A stretch of DNA of 62,612 nucleotides, the filler included, from Rhabdomonas costata (Eukaryota), in assembly GCA_019059605.1 (NCBI GenBank). It is 38 parts of 38 records of this genome, joined end to end, with 100 filler letters (N's around TTAATTAATTAA, not from the genome) between each part and the next. Parts side by side here need not be neighbours in the genome. Positions count along the whole stretch, not along the records: positions 23,117 to 24,666 come from JAHMHO010013255.1; positions 24,767 to 26,316 come from JAHMHO010013256.1; positions 26,417 to 27,966 come from JAHMHO010013257.1; positions 28,067 to 29,616 come from JAHMHO010013258.1; positions 29,717 to 31,265 come from JAHMHO010013259.1; positions 31,366 to 32,915 come from JAHMHO010013260.1; positions 33,016 to 34,565 come from JAHMHO010013261.1; positions 34,666 to 36,215 come from JAHMHO010013262.1; 30 more parts are not named here. The stretch is one strand, 5' to 3'. The position numbers and the translations under genes are program-made. Shown piece by piece: positions 23,152 to 35,726 of the stretch; position 1 is the stretch's first letter, and every line of letters starts with the position of its first letter. The notes below the pieces were generated by a model. The model was not told the origin of the DNA. It saw nothing but the letters and a program-made list of their open reading frames with translations, and searched no databases.

Positions 23152-24362
23152 GGCTCTCCTCTGTGCACGGTACTCCCGCCGAAGCACCCCTCCGCCGCCA
23201 CGGTGAATGAGGCCTGGCCCGACTTGCACCCTGACTTCCTTCTTCAATGCATGGCCAATCTCCCCATGCTGGGGTGTGTGCCTGGGGGCGGGGCATCGTT
23301 TGTGCTTGCGAATTCACACACGCTGCACCGAGCGATGGTTTTTGAAGTGGTTAAATTGAATTATGTAGAGTGCTCCAGTGTCCTCCAAAATGATTTTAGT
23401 ATGAAGGGGTGGCGTAAATTGTGCCCCAGCTCCTTAGATGAGTACTTTTAATTTTTGAGTACTTTTTGATAACACTAATGCTGACTGAGGACAAGCTTGT
23501 TGGTGGATTTTGGTTGGACAATGGGGCAAGTCTTAGTTTTGGGGCGCGGCGCGGCCGGAGTGGGGGGGCTTTATGGACTTTATATTGAATGCAATTGGAA
23601 CTAGCTTCCAGTGGCAATACGTACCAATTCTGCCAGCTCCACATCCGTATGTTCCAAATGCAGTTGTGCCCACGATTCACTCAACACTTTTAGGGCGGCG
23701 GATGTTAACGCCCTTCTGCCGCTTCCTGTGGACTCCCCCAACAAGCAATTCATCTCATCGCTGCAGGTCCCGCAAGCCGCCCTGGCTCTTCCTGGTCGTT
23801 GCAGATTCTGTGGGTGCGCGGCGCAGGACAAATTGTATAACATGGGCAACCGCTTTTCATGGAAAGGGTGAACCCCAGATGACCCGCTTTTGAACATGAT
23901 AAGCATCTTCATCCTGAAGACATGATCCTGTGAAAGGGCAGAACCTGCGGAGAGAAGGCTTCAGGTCGCCATTTTATCTTGATTTCAGATGAGAGGGACG
24001 GGAAAAAAGAGAGAAAGAATAATTTTTCTTTCTGCTTTGGAAAAGGCAAAGGGGTCCAAGTTCATGCGAAGTTTGTAAGCTGGGCCCCCTAAGGAGACCA
24101 CAGCAGGAAAAAAAACTACGGGCGGCCATCCTGATCCGTGTAGGGGAGCTGGTCTTGGTGCAAATGGTTGCCCTTCCTTCTCCAGTCGACCGACTTATGT
24201 CGATGCAACTTTGCCTCTGCGCTGTGCTTCAGCTTTTGGACTGCACCCCGTACACGGAGGTGCATAAGGTTGGGGTGCTGTACGTCAGCGGCAGCCCTTC
24301 CTGTTCGACCGATGTCCTGATGAACACCCGCTGCTCCAGCCGCTTCTGGGCCTTTCTCCGAG
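23152..24362 (+). CDS. TSC2 (tuberin)/RalGAP-like RapGAP-domain protein; exons about 23152-23275 and 24186-24362
   Basis: LHPDFLLQ and LQLLDCTPYTEVHKVGVLYV...DVLMNTRCSSRFWAFLRG resemble TSC2 INPSFVFLQ and [20 protein letters not shown]...ILSNEHGSYRYTEFLTG; exact junction ambiguous. Confidence 0.75.
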
Positions 24363-25209
24363 GTGCGTGACATTGTTCAGGGCTTAGATGGAGTGCCTTA
24401 GGATTTCAGCCCCACCTCTGATGTTGGCTTGCGAAAGAAGCTTCCGGAAGAAACCGGAGGTAAGCTCACCCCAATGCGCCTCATGCTAGAACATGTGGGG
24501 ACGTGGAGATAAACATGGAACAGCTCCGAGAAGAGTAGAACAGCAATGTCAAACGTTCGTACACTGGTTTTTGAGGGATTCGGCACGAGTCTTCGTAATG
24601 GCCGCTTCTCAGCATTGACTCTTTGTAAATACGTTACCCCCCCCCTCGCCACTTGCACAACACAAANNNNNNNNNNNNNNNNNNNNNNNNNNNNNNNNNN
24701 NNNNNNNNNNTTAATTAATTAANNNNNNNNNNNNNNNNNNNNNNNNNNNNNNNNNNNNNNNNNNNNTGTGGGTGGGCAAGGTGCACTGTGTGTCTTCGTG
24801 TTTTTCTCGTCGTCGCTGCACGAGTCATCGTCTTGCTTTTTCATGATTTACTGATCCCATCTCCCTTGGGGAGGCAAGCGGGCGGAACTTATTGGGGAAC
24901 ATGCGGCGGCCTCGACCCACCACTCTGCAGCATAAAGGAGTAGGATTATGTCAGCAAGATTTTCTTCACGCACTCGCTGCAGTTGGAGTGTTTGGCGGAG
25001 AAACGTACATGTTTTAGGGCTTTCTTCTGACGTGTGCGTGCTTTTCCCTGCATTTCGATGCTTTCCTCGCCGTGTTATGCCTTTGCCTATAAATGCTTTT
25101 TGTCGCTGCAGTCGATACCGTCAAAGTGGATTGAGCGTTATTTGAAGTTAAGGTACCCTGTTCGTCCACCGCTGGTTTCCTGCTTCCGATTGATTTGCTT
25201 GTGATGCAG

Positions 25210-26008
25210 TGCACATAGGATTGATCTCTGGCAGCGGCACATGGGAGGACGGTCAATTTGATGTCACGGACCAGATGCGCCCGATTTTTGAGGACCTGAT
25301 CCGGCGCTCCAGTTCCCACTACCCAACCTGTGGCCAAGTCAACGTGGGGAACGTGGTCATCCAGCAGGTGATGCGAGCACTATGCATTGAAGAAGGGTCA
25401 CCTCTTCTCTTTTTTTTTCTCGAGCAAATAGCTCCTGGGTTAACATAGCGCGTCACCAACAAACCGCCGCACAAAAGAGTCAAATGAAAGCAGGATAACT
25501 GAGAAGATAAACAAAATAGATCTAATGGGACCGAACATACCTCATCCCAGAGAGACAAGCAATAGGCAAAGCTTCAGCAGGACGGGAGACACGTTACAGG
25601 GAGGCCTGGCAGGACGCGCAAGTAGAATAGCAGGGGGGTGGGGTGGGGAGTCCCTGTGCTCCGGCCAGGATTCCTCCGAAGTGTACGAGCAGCGGTCAGG
25701 GTGGCGAGCGAGCGTGGGTGTGGGCAAAAGAGAAATGCGCAGAAGCGAACATGCAGCGATCGGTCTCACTTGTGTGCCGGGGCGCGCAAGGGGCAAAGGG
25801 CGCCACATATAATCACTCCACATGCAAACCGGAGGCAGCTCTGACGCTTCAGAAGCGAAAAAAAGCAGAGGCTATGGTAACTAACCCAGCAATGACACAA
25901 TTTTGAAGTCTTGCTCTTGCGATGTTATCGCCTCCCTCCTTTTTCTGGCAGAGTCTTGAAAATGATGCGTGTGAAAAGCAGCAAAATGCAGTCTTCCTCG
26001 AAGTGTAG
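25210..26008 (+). CDS. Hypothetical protein, probable exons 25210-25367 and 25952-26008
   Basis: AG/GT-bounded, in phase: HIGLISGSGTWEDGQFDVTDQMRPIFEDLIRR...VVIQQ|SLENDACEKQQNAVFLEV*. Confidence 0.45.
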
Positions 26009-26438
26009 CACTCCCCCTGTTCGCCACACCGGCGCCCACATCGAGCCCCCACCTAAACCCGAAGGAATGTACTTGGCCGCTTTCCCACCCTCGCACCCGA
26101 CGCCCGCCACCCGTGGCCGCCAGCCCACCGTGGAAAATGCCGCGGGACTGTCCAGTGCTCGCTCGTTGTCCAGAAGCAGAAGCAGAAGCCCGGTTGTGGA
26201 TGCTGCGACTGCTGCAGGGATTCCCTCTGAGACAACAGCCGAGCAGCGGAGGTTTCTCCATTTGCCCGCCCGACTGAACCCTCGGCTTTTCTAGTTGCTC
26301 TCTCAACCACCAAACCNNNNNNNNNNNNNNNNNNNNNNNNNNNNNNNNNNNNNNNNNNNNTTAATTAATTAANNNNNNNNNNNNNNNNNNNNNNNNNNNN
26401 NNNNNNNNNNNNNNNNTGATTGTTGGCTCTTGTTATCA

Positions 26439-27659
26439 GTGAGGACATATGTGGGCAGACTCTGTTGCGACTTGTGAGCAGAGGAAACGCTATCACTGCC
26501 GAACTGTTGAGGCTTTCAGAGCACATACCCAGCGTTTTCTACCTCGAACCAGGATCTGCTTCCGAGTATCATGCGATTCTTAACGACTTCACTTATCTCA
26601 AGGTGTGTCTCTACGCCCCGTGCTTTTCTTTTTCCGTTTCGGATTGTTTGCTCTACTTCTTCCTCCTGCAATTTTTTCTACTTTTCCTCTTGCAGGAGGA
26701 GGACCGATTTGAGAGACACATTCAAAACAACCAGGTTTGGGCGCCGCCTTCAACTGGATTGAACAGACTTACGCAATTGTTTGTCTTCTCTTCTGTTGTT
26801 CTTCAGAGGCTTTTGGACTTGGATGAAGAATTTAGAGATAATTATTTGGACCTTCTGGAGCGTTTCTACCTGCTGTTTGAAGCAATTTTCAAATACGTCA
26901 GCGGTATGTCGGATTTTTTCACGCATGCATGACCAACAGGCCTTTCTGAGTGGGTTACCCGTGTGTGAACCCATGCCTTTCATTGTTTGCATAGATTTCA
27001 ATAAGTTTCTGTCCGATGTCGATGACGGGGTGTTCATTCAGCAAACCTACGAGGTTTTTCGCTTTTTCGCTCACTTTTCACTTTTCTGGGTGGGGAGGTG
27101 GGGGAGTTCTTCTGAATAGTTTGCCGTCTTTTTTGTCTTTCTCAGACAGTGTTTATCAACCAAGATGGCCGTCAGCTCATGGCTGAAGCGTTGTACTTGT
27201 ACGGAGTTATGCTTCTTTTGCTGGACCAAAAGATCGATGGACTTGTGAGGGAGAGAATGCTGGTCTCCTACTTAAGATACAAAGTTGTTTTTCTTTTCGT
27301 TTTTGCTGCTCCATGGCTATTGAGAGTCGAATCCTGATGCATCTTCTTTTTTCTTCTTTTAGGGCACAGGTTCCGTATCGAATTTTGATGAAGTTTGCAA
27401 GCTTTGCAGGAGTACTGGCTTCTCTTTGAAGAACAAAGTGACTCCTATGCACCCTTCTGGTTATCCAGATGACTTCTTTGCGAGGTGGGTGCTCATCATT
27501 CACTTGGAACTCTTCACCCTGCAGTCACTTTCATTTATTTTGCTCTTTTTTTTGATTCAGGGTCAGGGTTAGTCCTGAAGTCATTCGTTTGATTATTGGT
27601 CGGCTTCGATCAGACGACATTTACCAGATGGCTTATCACTACCCCGCACCTGAACACAG
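26439..27659 (+). CDS. WASHC5: Strumpellin (WASH complex subunit 5), N-terminal part; exons 26439-26602, 26696-26734, 26807-26903, 26995-27053, 27146-27283, 27363-27484, 27561-27659
   Basis: Spliced product is collinear with strumpellin: [83 protein letters not shown]; six GT-AG introns of 72-93 nt. Confidence 0.97.
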
Positions 27660-27767
27660 GTTGGTCTGAAGTTTAATGGAGTTTCTGGTTTTTGTTTTGG
27701 TTTGCGTCAGCTGTGTTAACTGGACCATGGTCACAGCGATCCTGTGCCTGTGATTGTCAATTATCCA

Positions 27768-27930
27768 CCCCCCGCACAGCGATCGTTAAAAAAATAGGAC
27801 GATCGTTGAAAGTTGAAAGGATCATCGAAAAGTTTTATTTTTTAACGATTGTTATAACTAATTGTAACTACCGTACAAAAGCTTCTATTAGAACCCCAGG
27901 GGACGTGTGCATCGCTACCTAACCCTAAAC
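27768..27930 (+). repeat. Intronic interspersed repeat, homolog at about 49725-49960
   Basis: C-run followed by AGCGATCG, and CTATTAGAACCCCAGGGGAC vs ATATTAGAATCTCAGGGGAC. Confidence 0.5.
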
Positions 27931-28726
27931 AAAAACAATACTACAACTATATTGGTACCCAACACCNNNNNNNNNNNNNNNNNNNNNNNNNNNNNNNNNN
28001 NNNNNNNNNNTTAATTAATTAANNNNNNNNNNNNNNNNNNNNNNNNNNNNNNNNNNNNNNNNNNNNCGGATTGTTATGGGGGGGGGGGAGATGAAGGATG
28101 CAGGGTGCGGCCCCGAAATAAAACACTGTATGGGGAGCCCCCAGCTTGCCCCAACGCCCCACTTTTTGATAATTGTCAGCATGTGGGAGTCGCTTGTGAA
28201 GAGTCTAGAATCTTGATCATGGGCAATGCTGCACATGCGATACCCTAACCACTCAGCGGGACTGCTTCCGATGAGGTTCGTTGAGGCAGGAGCGAAAGGC
28301 ATGATAAGCAATGCTTGCGGGCCTGGGCCTGATGTGGGTCGTGGGGTGAAGGCTACTGCACTGCTGGATCATACCATTACTAACCCAGAAGCCCCCCGCG
28401 GGCGCAAGGCTTTGCTTTCACCTTGCAATGGAAAGGTCCCTGTATGAATGTCATCCAGCAGCAGGGCGGGAAGCCATCATTCGGCCAGCGCTCATCATTA
28501 TTGGTCTGCTATTCCCTTAGATCCTGCCTTACATGGCAATGTTCCCTCGGAGAGCACCACTCCTCACCTCTCTGCATCCCATGAGACACGGGGCAGAGCA
28601 GCGAAAAGTCAAGTGACAACCCCTCTCCCCCTCTCCCCTTCATCGGCTCCTTTCCTGTGCTCTCTTTCTTTGCGCCCTTGCACTGCACACAGCCATTTTA
28701 TGCACATTACGTTGATCCCCGTTCTT

Positions 28727-28790
28727 GTCCCGTTCGCTCCGACTGCAGATGCATTCTGCCTGCTTCCCAAGTCACTCGCTTGCAAAGAAC
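28727..28790 (+). repeat. Interspersed repeat, inverted homolog at about 57955-58016
   Basis: TGCTTCCCAAGTCACTCGCTTGCAAAGAAC vs TGCTTCCTAGGTCACTCGCTTGCAAAGAAC (reverse complement), with flanking similarity. Confidence 0.75.
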
Positions 28791-30571
28791 TCGGTTGCTC
28801 CATTGGACCTTGATGTGCTGGATTGCCTGTAGCTTCAGCTCTGACAATAGCCAAAAGACTCAAAGGAAGGAAACTCAAACTGCGTCTGCATCCAACAATG
28901 ATACCCAGCGGGTGCAAAGCTCAAACTACACCCCCCGGGTGCACGGTTGAGAATGAAGGCTCGTAGAGGAGGAACCAAGCCGTCCGGGAACGCACCGCAA
29001 CGCCACGGCACAAACGCAGTGAAAGTGCGCGCGGATGCGCGAGGGGAAAATAACCCAGAAGGGAGAAAGGGAAGGGGTCGTGTCAAAGTTCAGCGAATGG
29101 AAGGGGGGTGGAACCGCCAAGAACGCAGCGGCGTGTGTTTGTGTGCAAATGGAAAAGACACAACAAGAGGGAGCCTGAAGCTGCCAGGGGCAAAGAAAAC
29201 CAACCACACAGCGTGTGCGAATAGAAGCGCCTGGGAAAGGAGGTCGGGGGGCGCATGGGATGAAAAGTACAGCCACACACACGCACCAAACGAAAGATGG
29301 AAGCGCTGCAGTGGGAGAAGGCGAATGGAAGGGAGCCAAGGTGACACTCCGCAAGGGCGGAGGCTAACCGTGCACACCTTCCTCTCATACTTTGTTTTTA
29401 CTATTTTTCGGGCAACCCCAAGGGAAGCACGCCGGCGCGATAAGAACCCGCGAAGACACTGCAACTCAACATACCCGCTCGCCACTGCTATATATGTCTT
29501 TTTACAGGGGGCAAGGGCGGCACCACCATCACAAAAGGACCGGCACACACACAAGCATTCCCGGTCATTCGAAACACTCAAAAATCCCCTAACGCAGACC
29601 GTGCACACCCACAACANNNNNNNNNNNNNNNNNNNNNNNNNNNNNNNNNNNNNNNNNNNNTTAATTAATTAANNNNNNNNNNNNNNNNNNNNNNNNNNNN
29701 NNNNNNNNNNNNNNNNGGCAATGTCCGCGGGCCCAAAACTTGAAATTTTGCATGAGGGGGGGGGGTAAATTAAAATCGTCGAATTCGCCCCGGGATTTTT
29801 CCATCGCATAGCCCACCCCCACAAACCTTGGGCTTGAAGGCCCTACGGAGGTTTGAAGGGCCGACTACTCCGGGCATAAAAAAGCCTACACACAGACACA
29901 CACACACGCGGACATGTTCGTGTTTTTCTCGTATCTGAACCCTACACTACGCTACGTTTCGTTACGGGAACAGTGACTTGACGTACTGGCAGCGTGAATT
30001 CAAAAATAAGGGGGCCACAAAAGGGTTTGGGCGGGTGTTTGTTTCCCTCGCGAAAATCATGGCTACCGAATTCTCCCGTATTCCGGTATTTCTGCGATTC
30101 ATCATTTTAGTCGCCTCATGCGTTGCAACTGCGAACTGAACGATGACACTTAGACAAATCATCCACGGATAGCAGGCAATTGTTCGACATTGAAGAAAAT
30201 CGGACAGAATGAGGGGAGGGAATAGGGAGAGGCTCGACATGAAATTGCAGCGTCTCCGTCAGTAGCGAGGCTTCTTTGCCGCAAAGACAGCCACCAATCA
30301 CCAGCTGTCATTGTGGGCTAAAAAAAGAATGCAAAGAAAAGACCGCAAGCAGCTATCATTACGGACTGACCATGCACCGAAATTGATCGTGGAACAGCAG
30401 AGTAAAGACCCACCTGAGCGAAAACTGAATTTGTGAGCGTGCGTGCGAGCAGAATCGGAAGGACGTGACAGAAAAACATGCTCAAACGTAAAAGAGGGTA
30501 ATGCAAATTCACCGCAGCAGAAAATCTAGGGTATGAAAGATTGCACGATCATATGGTCAACACGTCATACG

Positions 30572-31240
30572 TCATGAGTCGTTGGGAAAGCAATGAAGGT
30601 TTTGAACCAACGACAGTTGCTTAGACCACAAGCGCATATTTGCATTATGAAGGCACCCCACACAACCAAAATCAACACCAGGGGGAGGGGATAGGAGCCT
30701 AAAGGAGGGTGGCACACCCCACGTCACAAAGCCGCCAGAGCTCAGCGCAGTACGCAGCTCCTCCAGCGCATGCTTGCCCACGTGCCCAATGAAGTTCCCC
30801 CTAAGGTCCAGGTGCATGCTCTTCCACGGCCCATGCGGCCTGGGCGAGCCCAACCGATGGGCCAGGAGACACGCCCCGGTATTGCTGACGCAGTTGTGGG
30901 GCAGCAGCAGCACCAGGGAGGCCAGGGGGGCTGTGCCAAAGCCCAGCTCGCCCAGCATAGCACAACCCGGATCGCTGATCACGTTCTCACTGAGGTCCAG
31001 GTACAAGCTGGTCAGTTTGGGGGCATTCCGGAACTGCACCAGGGCCTCCACCCCAGGCCCGTCGGTGATTCGGTTGTGGCTGAGGTTAACCTTCAGCTGA
31101 GTAAGGCTGGCACATGTGCTCAGCGTGGAGAAGGACAGCACAGCGGCGTCGCACCTATCGGGGTTCATCTGCCAAGGTCCGAGGTACAGATCGACATCCA
31201 CAAAAGTCAAGGTGCTCGCTCGAGCGCAAAGCGAGGACAA
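30572..31240 (-). CDS. RNI-like leucine-rich repeat protein (partial)
   Basis: Repeats LTQLKVNLSHNRITDG, LTSLYLDLSENVISDPG, LVLLLPHNCVSNTG, MHLDLRGNFIGHVG. Confidence 0.85.
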   Translation of the reverse strand: MSSLCARASTLTFVDVDLYLGPWQMNPDRCDAAVLSFSTLSTCASLTQLKVNLSHNRITDGPGVEALVQFRNAPKLTSLYLDLSENVISDPGCAMLGELGFGTAPLASLVLLLPHNCVSNTGACLLAHRLGSPRPHGPWKSMHLDLRGNFIGHVGKHALEELRTALSSGGFVTWGVPPSFRLLSPPPGVDFGCVGCLHNANMRLWSKQLSLVQNLHCFPNDS

Positions 31241-34200
31241 AACCCCCCAAACACACCCCCAAAAANNNNNNNNNNNNNNNNNNNNNNNNNNNNNNNNNNN
31301 NNNNNNNNNTTAATTAATTAANNNNNNNNNNNNNNNNNNNNNNNNNNNNNNNNNNNNNNNNNNNNGTGTTGGTGTGTGAAATGCTACATCCGCAGGGTAC
31401 CAACGCCCTGCTGAAATTGATCTTTCGGATCGTGCCCGAACAGGCGGAGGATTCAAACGGGTATTTTTGTCCTCTCCTTTTGAACTCTGATTTTTTCTGA
31501 CCTGTATTAGCACTCTCTTGTGTGTGTGTGTGTGTGTGTGTTTTTGCAGACCTGGAAGCTCAACGAACCTGAGGTAGGTAGGTTATGGTCTATGTGCGCT
31601 TCCATAAGTCGTGAATGGTTTTGCTTCTTTTATGATCAGTATCATGTTTTTTCAATCCGTTTGGAGGTCATCCGATGGACCATCCGCGGTATATGCGCCT
31701 TTCCTGTCCGATTACGAAATATTTTCTAGGTTGCTTCGCAACAGGGTGATGCGCACTTGTCACTCTGCCGTGGTGTCATGCGGTGCCTTTATTTCTGAAA
31801 CTTTTCCGGCATTTCACAGCTCGCGTAGGTTTCTGCTGTTTTATTCTGCATCACGGTCGGTACACTGCCTTCAGTTCACGAAGTACCGGTTCCTCCCTCT
31901 TGAGGATGCGGCCAACGACCCTCAAGCAAGTAGCCCCCCACCGCCGGTGCGATTGCTTACTTTGTACTATTGCACATTTTTTGCACCTTTTTTTCATTCG
32001 GTTATACCAGTGATCGAAAGTCTTATGGTTTTGGTTGTTGACTTCGGTGGATGTCCTTTTTGGGGAGTGTCGGTCCTTATCGGTTAAAGCTTCATACGGT
32101 TCCGCGGAATTGTGGATCCCCCCAAACTTTTCATGTAGCATTTTCTGGTTTCCCTTTTTCCAGGGAAATTCTTCGGGCGCCGATTTGATTTCTTCAGCCG
32201 ACATTGTGGTGAACGAATCCCAGTTACTTGAAAAGGTTAAAACGGCGACGCTATGTACAGAAGATCAATGTGGTGTTCCCGTAATTTAGATCCTAAAGCT
32301 CTGACTTTTCGACTTTTCCAGTAAACTTAGCACTGAACGTGGGTTGCAAATGTTTTTAAAACAATATAAGTATAAGTGGTTTCATAATAACGAATATGAT
32401 TTTGCCAACGCACTTACTGAAAGATTACAGCACCGCCGTCCACCACCACCAACAATGCGCTGTAGGACTTCAGGAAAAGGAGGAGAAGCCATTCCACGCT
32501 TTGTTTTTCGCAGATTGCATCCCTTTTGAGCTCTCACCACGGGTCCATCTCATCTCAGGTGCGATGTTTTTTGCTAACGCACTTGACGGGTGATGGGTGT
32601 CGAGCTTGGCATTCTCCATCAGGGCTATACCTTTTCCTTGATTACCTGGCTTTGTTTTGGATATGCAGTTGTGTTGAAATGGTGGAGTTTGCGGGCTGCC
32701 CGCCTTGTAGATGGCTTTTGCTGGTTTGACTTAGATTCAAGAAGCCGTTGCTTTAACAAAGGAAAACATGCAGACTGAGTCCTACGAACTCACAACCAAG
32801 GTGTCCGAAGCAGTCTGTATTTTCAATCAAAGTTAGATCAATACCGCTCTTTTTTTTTTTTGCAATTTCACCCATCAGATCGATCATTCCAGCAAAGAGA
32901 TGCTTGAAACGTTTTNNNNNNNNNNNNNNNNNNNNNNNNNNNNNNNNNNNNNNNNNNNNTTAATTAATTAANNNNNNNNNNNNNNNNNNNNNNNNNNNNN
33001 NNNNNNNNNNNNNNNGGGGGGTTGGTCTTCAAGGATTGGCCGCGCTCTGAGGCTAAAACTTGCTCTTCACCAGGCTCGCGCAGCGGAAAACGTGGATTTT
33101 CATCACGTTTCTTGCCTCCGCATCTTGGCGGGTCTCTGTTCTTCAATGCATCGAATTGTGGAACTCTTCGCCTGGTGGCAAAACGGTTTTCCACGGTTGA
33201 TTGCATGACACAGTCATAAAGTAGTTGGAAATGCCGTCGTCCTTTATTGCTGCGCTGAGTCTGTTGACATGACTATGGGCTTGTTGCTCGGAGAGTTCTC
33301 TTCTCATTAGAGTTCAGCTGTGAAGGGCAGCAGCAGTGGTAAGCGTAACACTGTGAGCAGTAGAGTGGCTCTCGTCCCTGAGGAAAATAGACAATGGAGG
33401 GGAGTAAACTGTGTGCAGTGGAATACTTCGGAAAGAAATCCAAAATGGGCATCCATACCCGCGGAAAGCGAAAAACTTTCTGCCTGCGAATGAAGTGCTT
33501 TTCGGCCTGCCGAAGGCAAAGACCAAAAAGCCGGTTTCCACGCTTTCATTGGAAAGCGTCACCACTTTTCGGTCGCGCCTGCAACCATCACAGGTCACCG
33601 TGGACCGGAGTCAGTTCGCTTGTTCTGTTGAACTTCAGGTGTAGGTGTTGCCGTTGGAGTCGGTGTGGGAAGACCCTCCGCTCTGGAAGAAGTTGTGATA
33701 GCGAAGTCCGACCCATCATCATGAGCAGCTCCTTTGTGCTCATCATCGAAAACCGTTACCATCATGGCTTCATAGTCAAACTTCACACAGGGCTCGTATT
33801 CTTCTTCTTGAGAACCAAAATAAAACACACAACAAAGGTACAAACTCCCTGACATATACTGTGTAATGAACAGGGCGCGTCGAGAATGCAGAGCACACAG
33901 ACACAGCAGCCGTCAAAACAGGCGGCACAAATTGGAGCTTGGAGCTTTTTTTGGGGTGTGTGTGTGTGTGTGGCTGGAGGAGCTACAATGCTCATCTAAA
34001 GGTTCCAGATCGATCTGGCATTTTTGGAGCTCATCGGGTTTTCGTGCAGCGCTTGATGAGTGCAAACGCTGCTTGCAGATTCAGGCTGGATGGGGTGTTG
34101 CCTACGCCAACGAAGGCGATCAGCTTCCCAACTCTCCCCTTTCTGCTTGTGTTCCTGTGCAGGTGAACGCCACGGAGAGCTCTCGACAGCTGGCCACACA

Positions 34201-35573
34201 CTGCAGAAGGGCAAAAAAGCACCACGTGAATGACGGGCTTTCCCATCCAAGGGATTCCTTCAAGCTGTTTGAATCTTGCCAGCCCAAAATGTCAAATTTT
34301 GCTCTTTCCGCAAAAAGCGCTGCTTGGTCGCGGCAAGCGCGGAAACTGAGCAGCTCTGCTCCAGGAAGCGCCCACCCTTCTGACAAGAACTTCAGAACGC
34401 GCCGTCCGCGGAAGACGAAGTCGAACCGCTGGCCTCCCAGTGTTGTGGCGAACCTTTGCGTTGGCCTTCTGCCCCTGGACAAACAAACACCAGGAATTTC
34501 CATCCTCCTTCGGTTGGTCGCACTTGGCAGAAGCAGTGTCGCACAAGCCCAACCTCCACAAACCCNNNNNNNNNNNNNNNNNNNNNNNNNNNNNNNNNNN
34601 NNNNNNNNNTTAATTAATTAANNNNNNNNNNNNNNNNNNNNNNNNNNNNNNNNNNNNNNNNNNNNTGAGGTGTGTGTTTCCGGAGGGGTGGCGCGTTGAT
34701 TTAGGAACGAACCAGAACTGGAACTGGAATATTGAGAAGGTCTTGTCACGAATCTCGTCATGATTAGAACGAAAGAACGAAACAAAATTGAACTTTGAGC
34801 ACGAGGTCATTGCATGTGAGTGCTGAACTGTGTCACGATTCTCTATGGTGGCATTTTACGCTGGGGATGACCAGTACTGTTTTTTCTTGGTCGTTGTTCT
34901 GGGGGTTCTGGGTGGGCTTGATCGCCTCTTCATCCTCGGTCTCCCGACCCGCACCAGTCGTGCGGGGCCTCACCCCTTTGAGGGCCTTTTTGAAAATGTT
35001 TGCGGGCCCTAGGGGTGCCCTTTTTGGTCTTTTGCAGGCCTGCGTACTGAGAGTACGCATTCGTCCCTGGGCTGCTTAGCATACCCTAGGGTTGAGCTCA
35101 GGCTTCATTGTTGCACCAGAGTCCACTCCCTGCTTTCCGGCTTGCTTGTTTATAAGAAGAGAGAGAGGTGAGAGACCACTGTCCCCATACTTTGCCTGCG
35201 CTGGGGCTGCTTAGCGCACCTGGCTGAGAACCAGGAGAACTTCCTGCTGGCATATAATACGGCACTATTTGTCTTTGTTCTTTTTAAGAGAAACAACTGC
35301 AGACTGGCACACCATCCGCCTGGCGGCACACGATTTCGGTGTCTGTTAGCATTTTATGGAATGTCTCCGGACCGTACTTGTGTCAGACAGTTCTTTTGCA
35401 CTCTGTTCGCATCGTTGTTCTGTAAGTCCCCGCAAAGTACAGCTATGGCTGAGCAATGCCTAGCAGCACATTTCCCCCAACACTGTGCACGCTCACGCTT
35501 AGTCAGATCAATCGGACCGTCACGCAGAGAGTCGCACAACACTCACACTCAGTGCACACGCACGCACACCCAG

Positions 35574-35726
35574 GCGGTTCTGCGAGACTTGCAGGAGTCC
35601 TTTCAGAAGGGGGACCTCCGCGCCGCGGAGGGCAATGTTGGGCGGCTGAAGTTTCTGAAGAACCTTCGCGAGATCGTTCGCGAGAAGGAGATGGGCCCAG
35701 GGTGGGTTAGCACCGAGAAGCACTGA
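35574..35726 (+). CDS. HSCB: HscB/Jac1-like Fe-S co-chaperone, last exon
   Basis: LQESFQKGDLRAAEGNVGRLKFLKNLREIVRE matches the HscB C-terminal helix pattern (AADTVRKLRFLDKL); AG acceptor, TGA stop. Confidence 0.6.
   Translation, partial: AVLRDLQESFQKGDLRAAEGNVGRLKFLKNLREIVREKEMGPGWVSTEKH

Noticed and set aside
25210-26008. Resemblance of GNVVIQQ...NAVFLEV to PCNA
   Set aside because: Flanking PCNA motifs are absent and the frame stops immediately.
26942-26952. CTTTCTGAGTG resembling the Euglena spliced leader
   Set aside because: Only 11 nt, inside a strumpellin intron, with no remaining SL exon or donor.
28947-29616. 241-aa Arg/Gly-rich ORF
   Set aside because: Purine-rich complement of pyrimidine/GT-rich intron-like DNA; no protein-like features.
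30770-31265. 183-aa plus-strand ORF
   Set aside because: Antisense shadow of the GC-rich LRR exon; the same applies to most short ORFs in the track.
31549-32560. Series of candidate microexons including a GCAAGT donor
   Set aside because: Several alternative phase solutions and no recognisable protein to anchor them.
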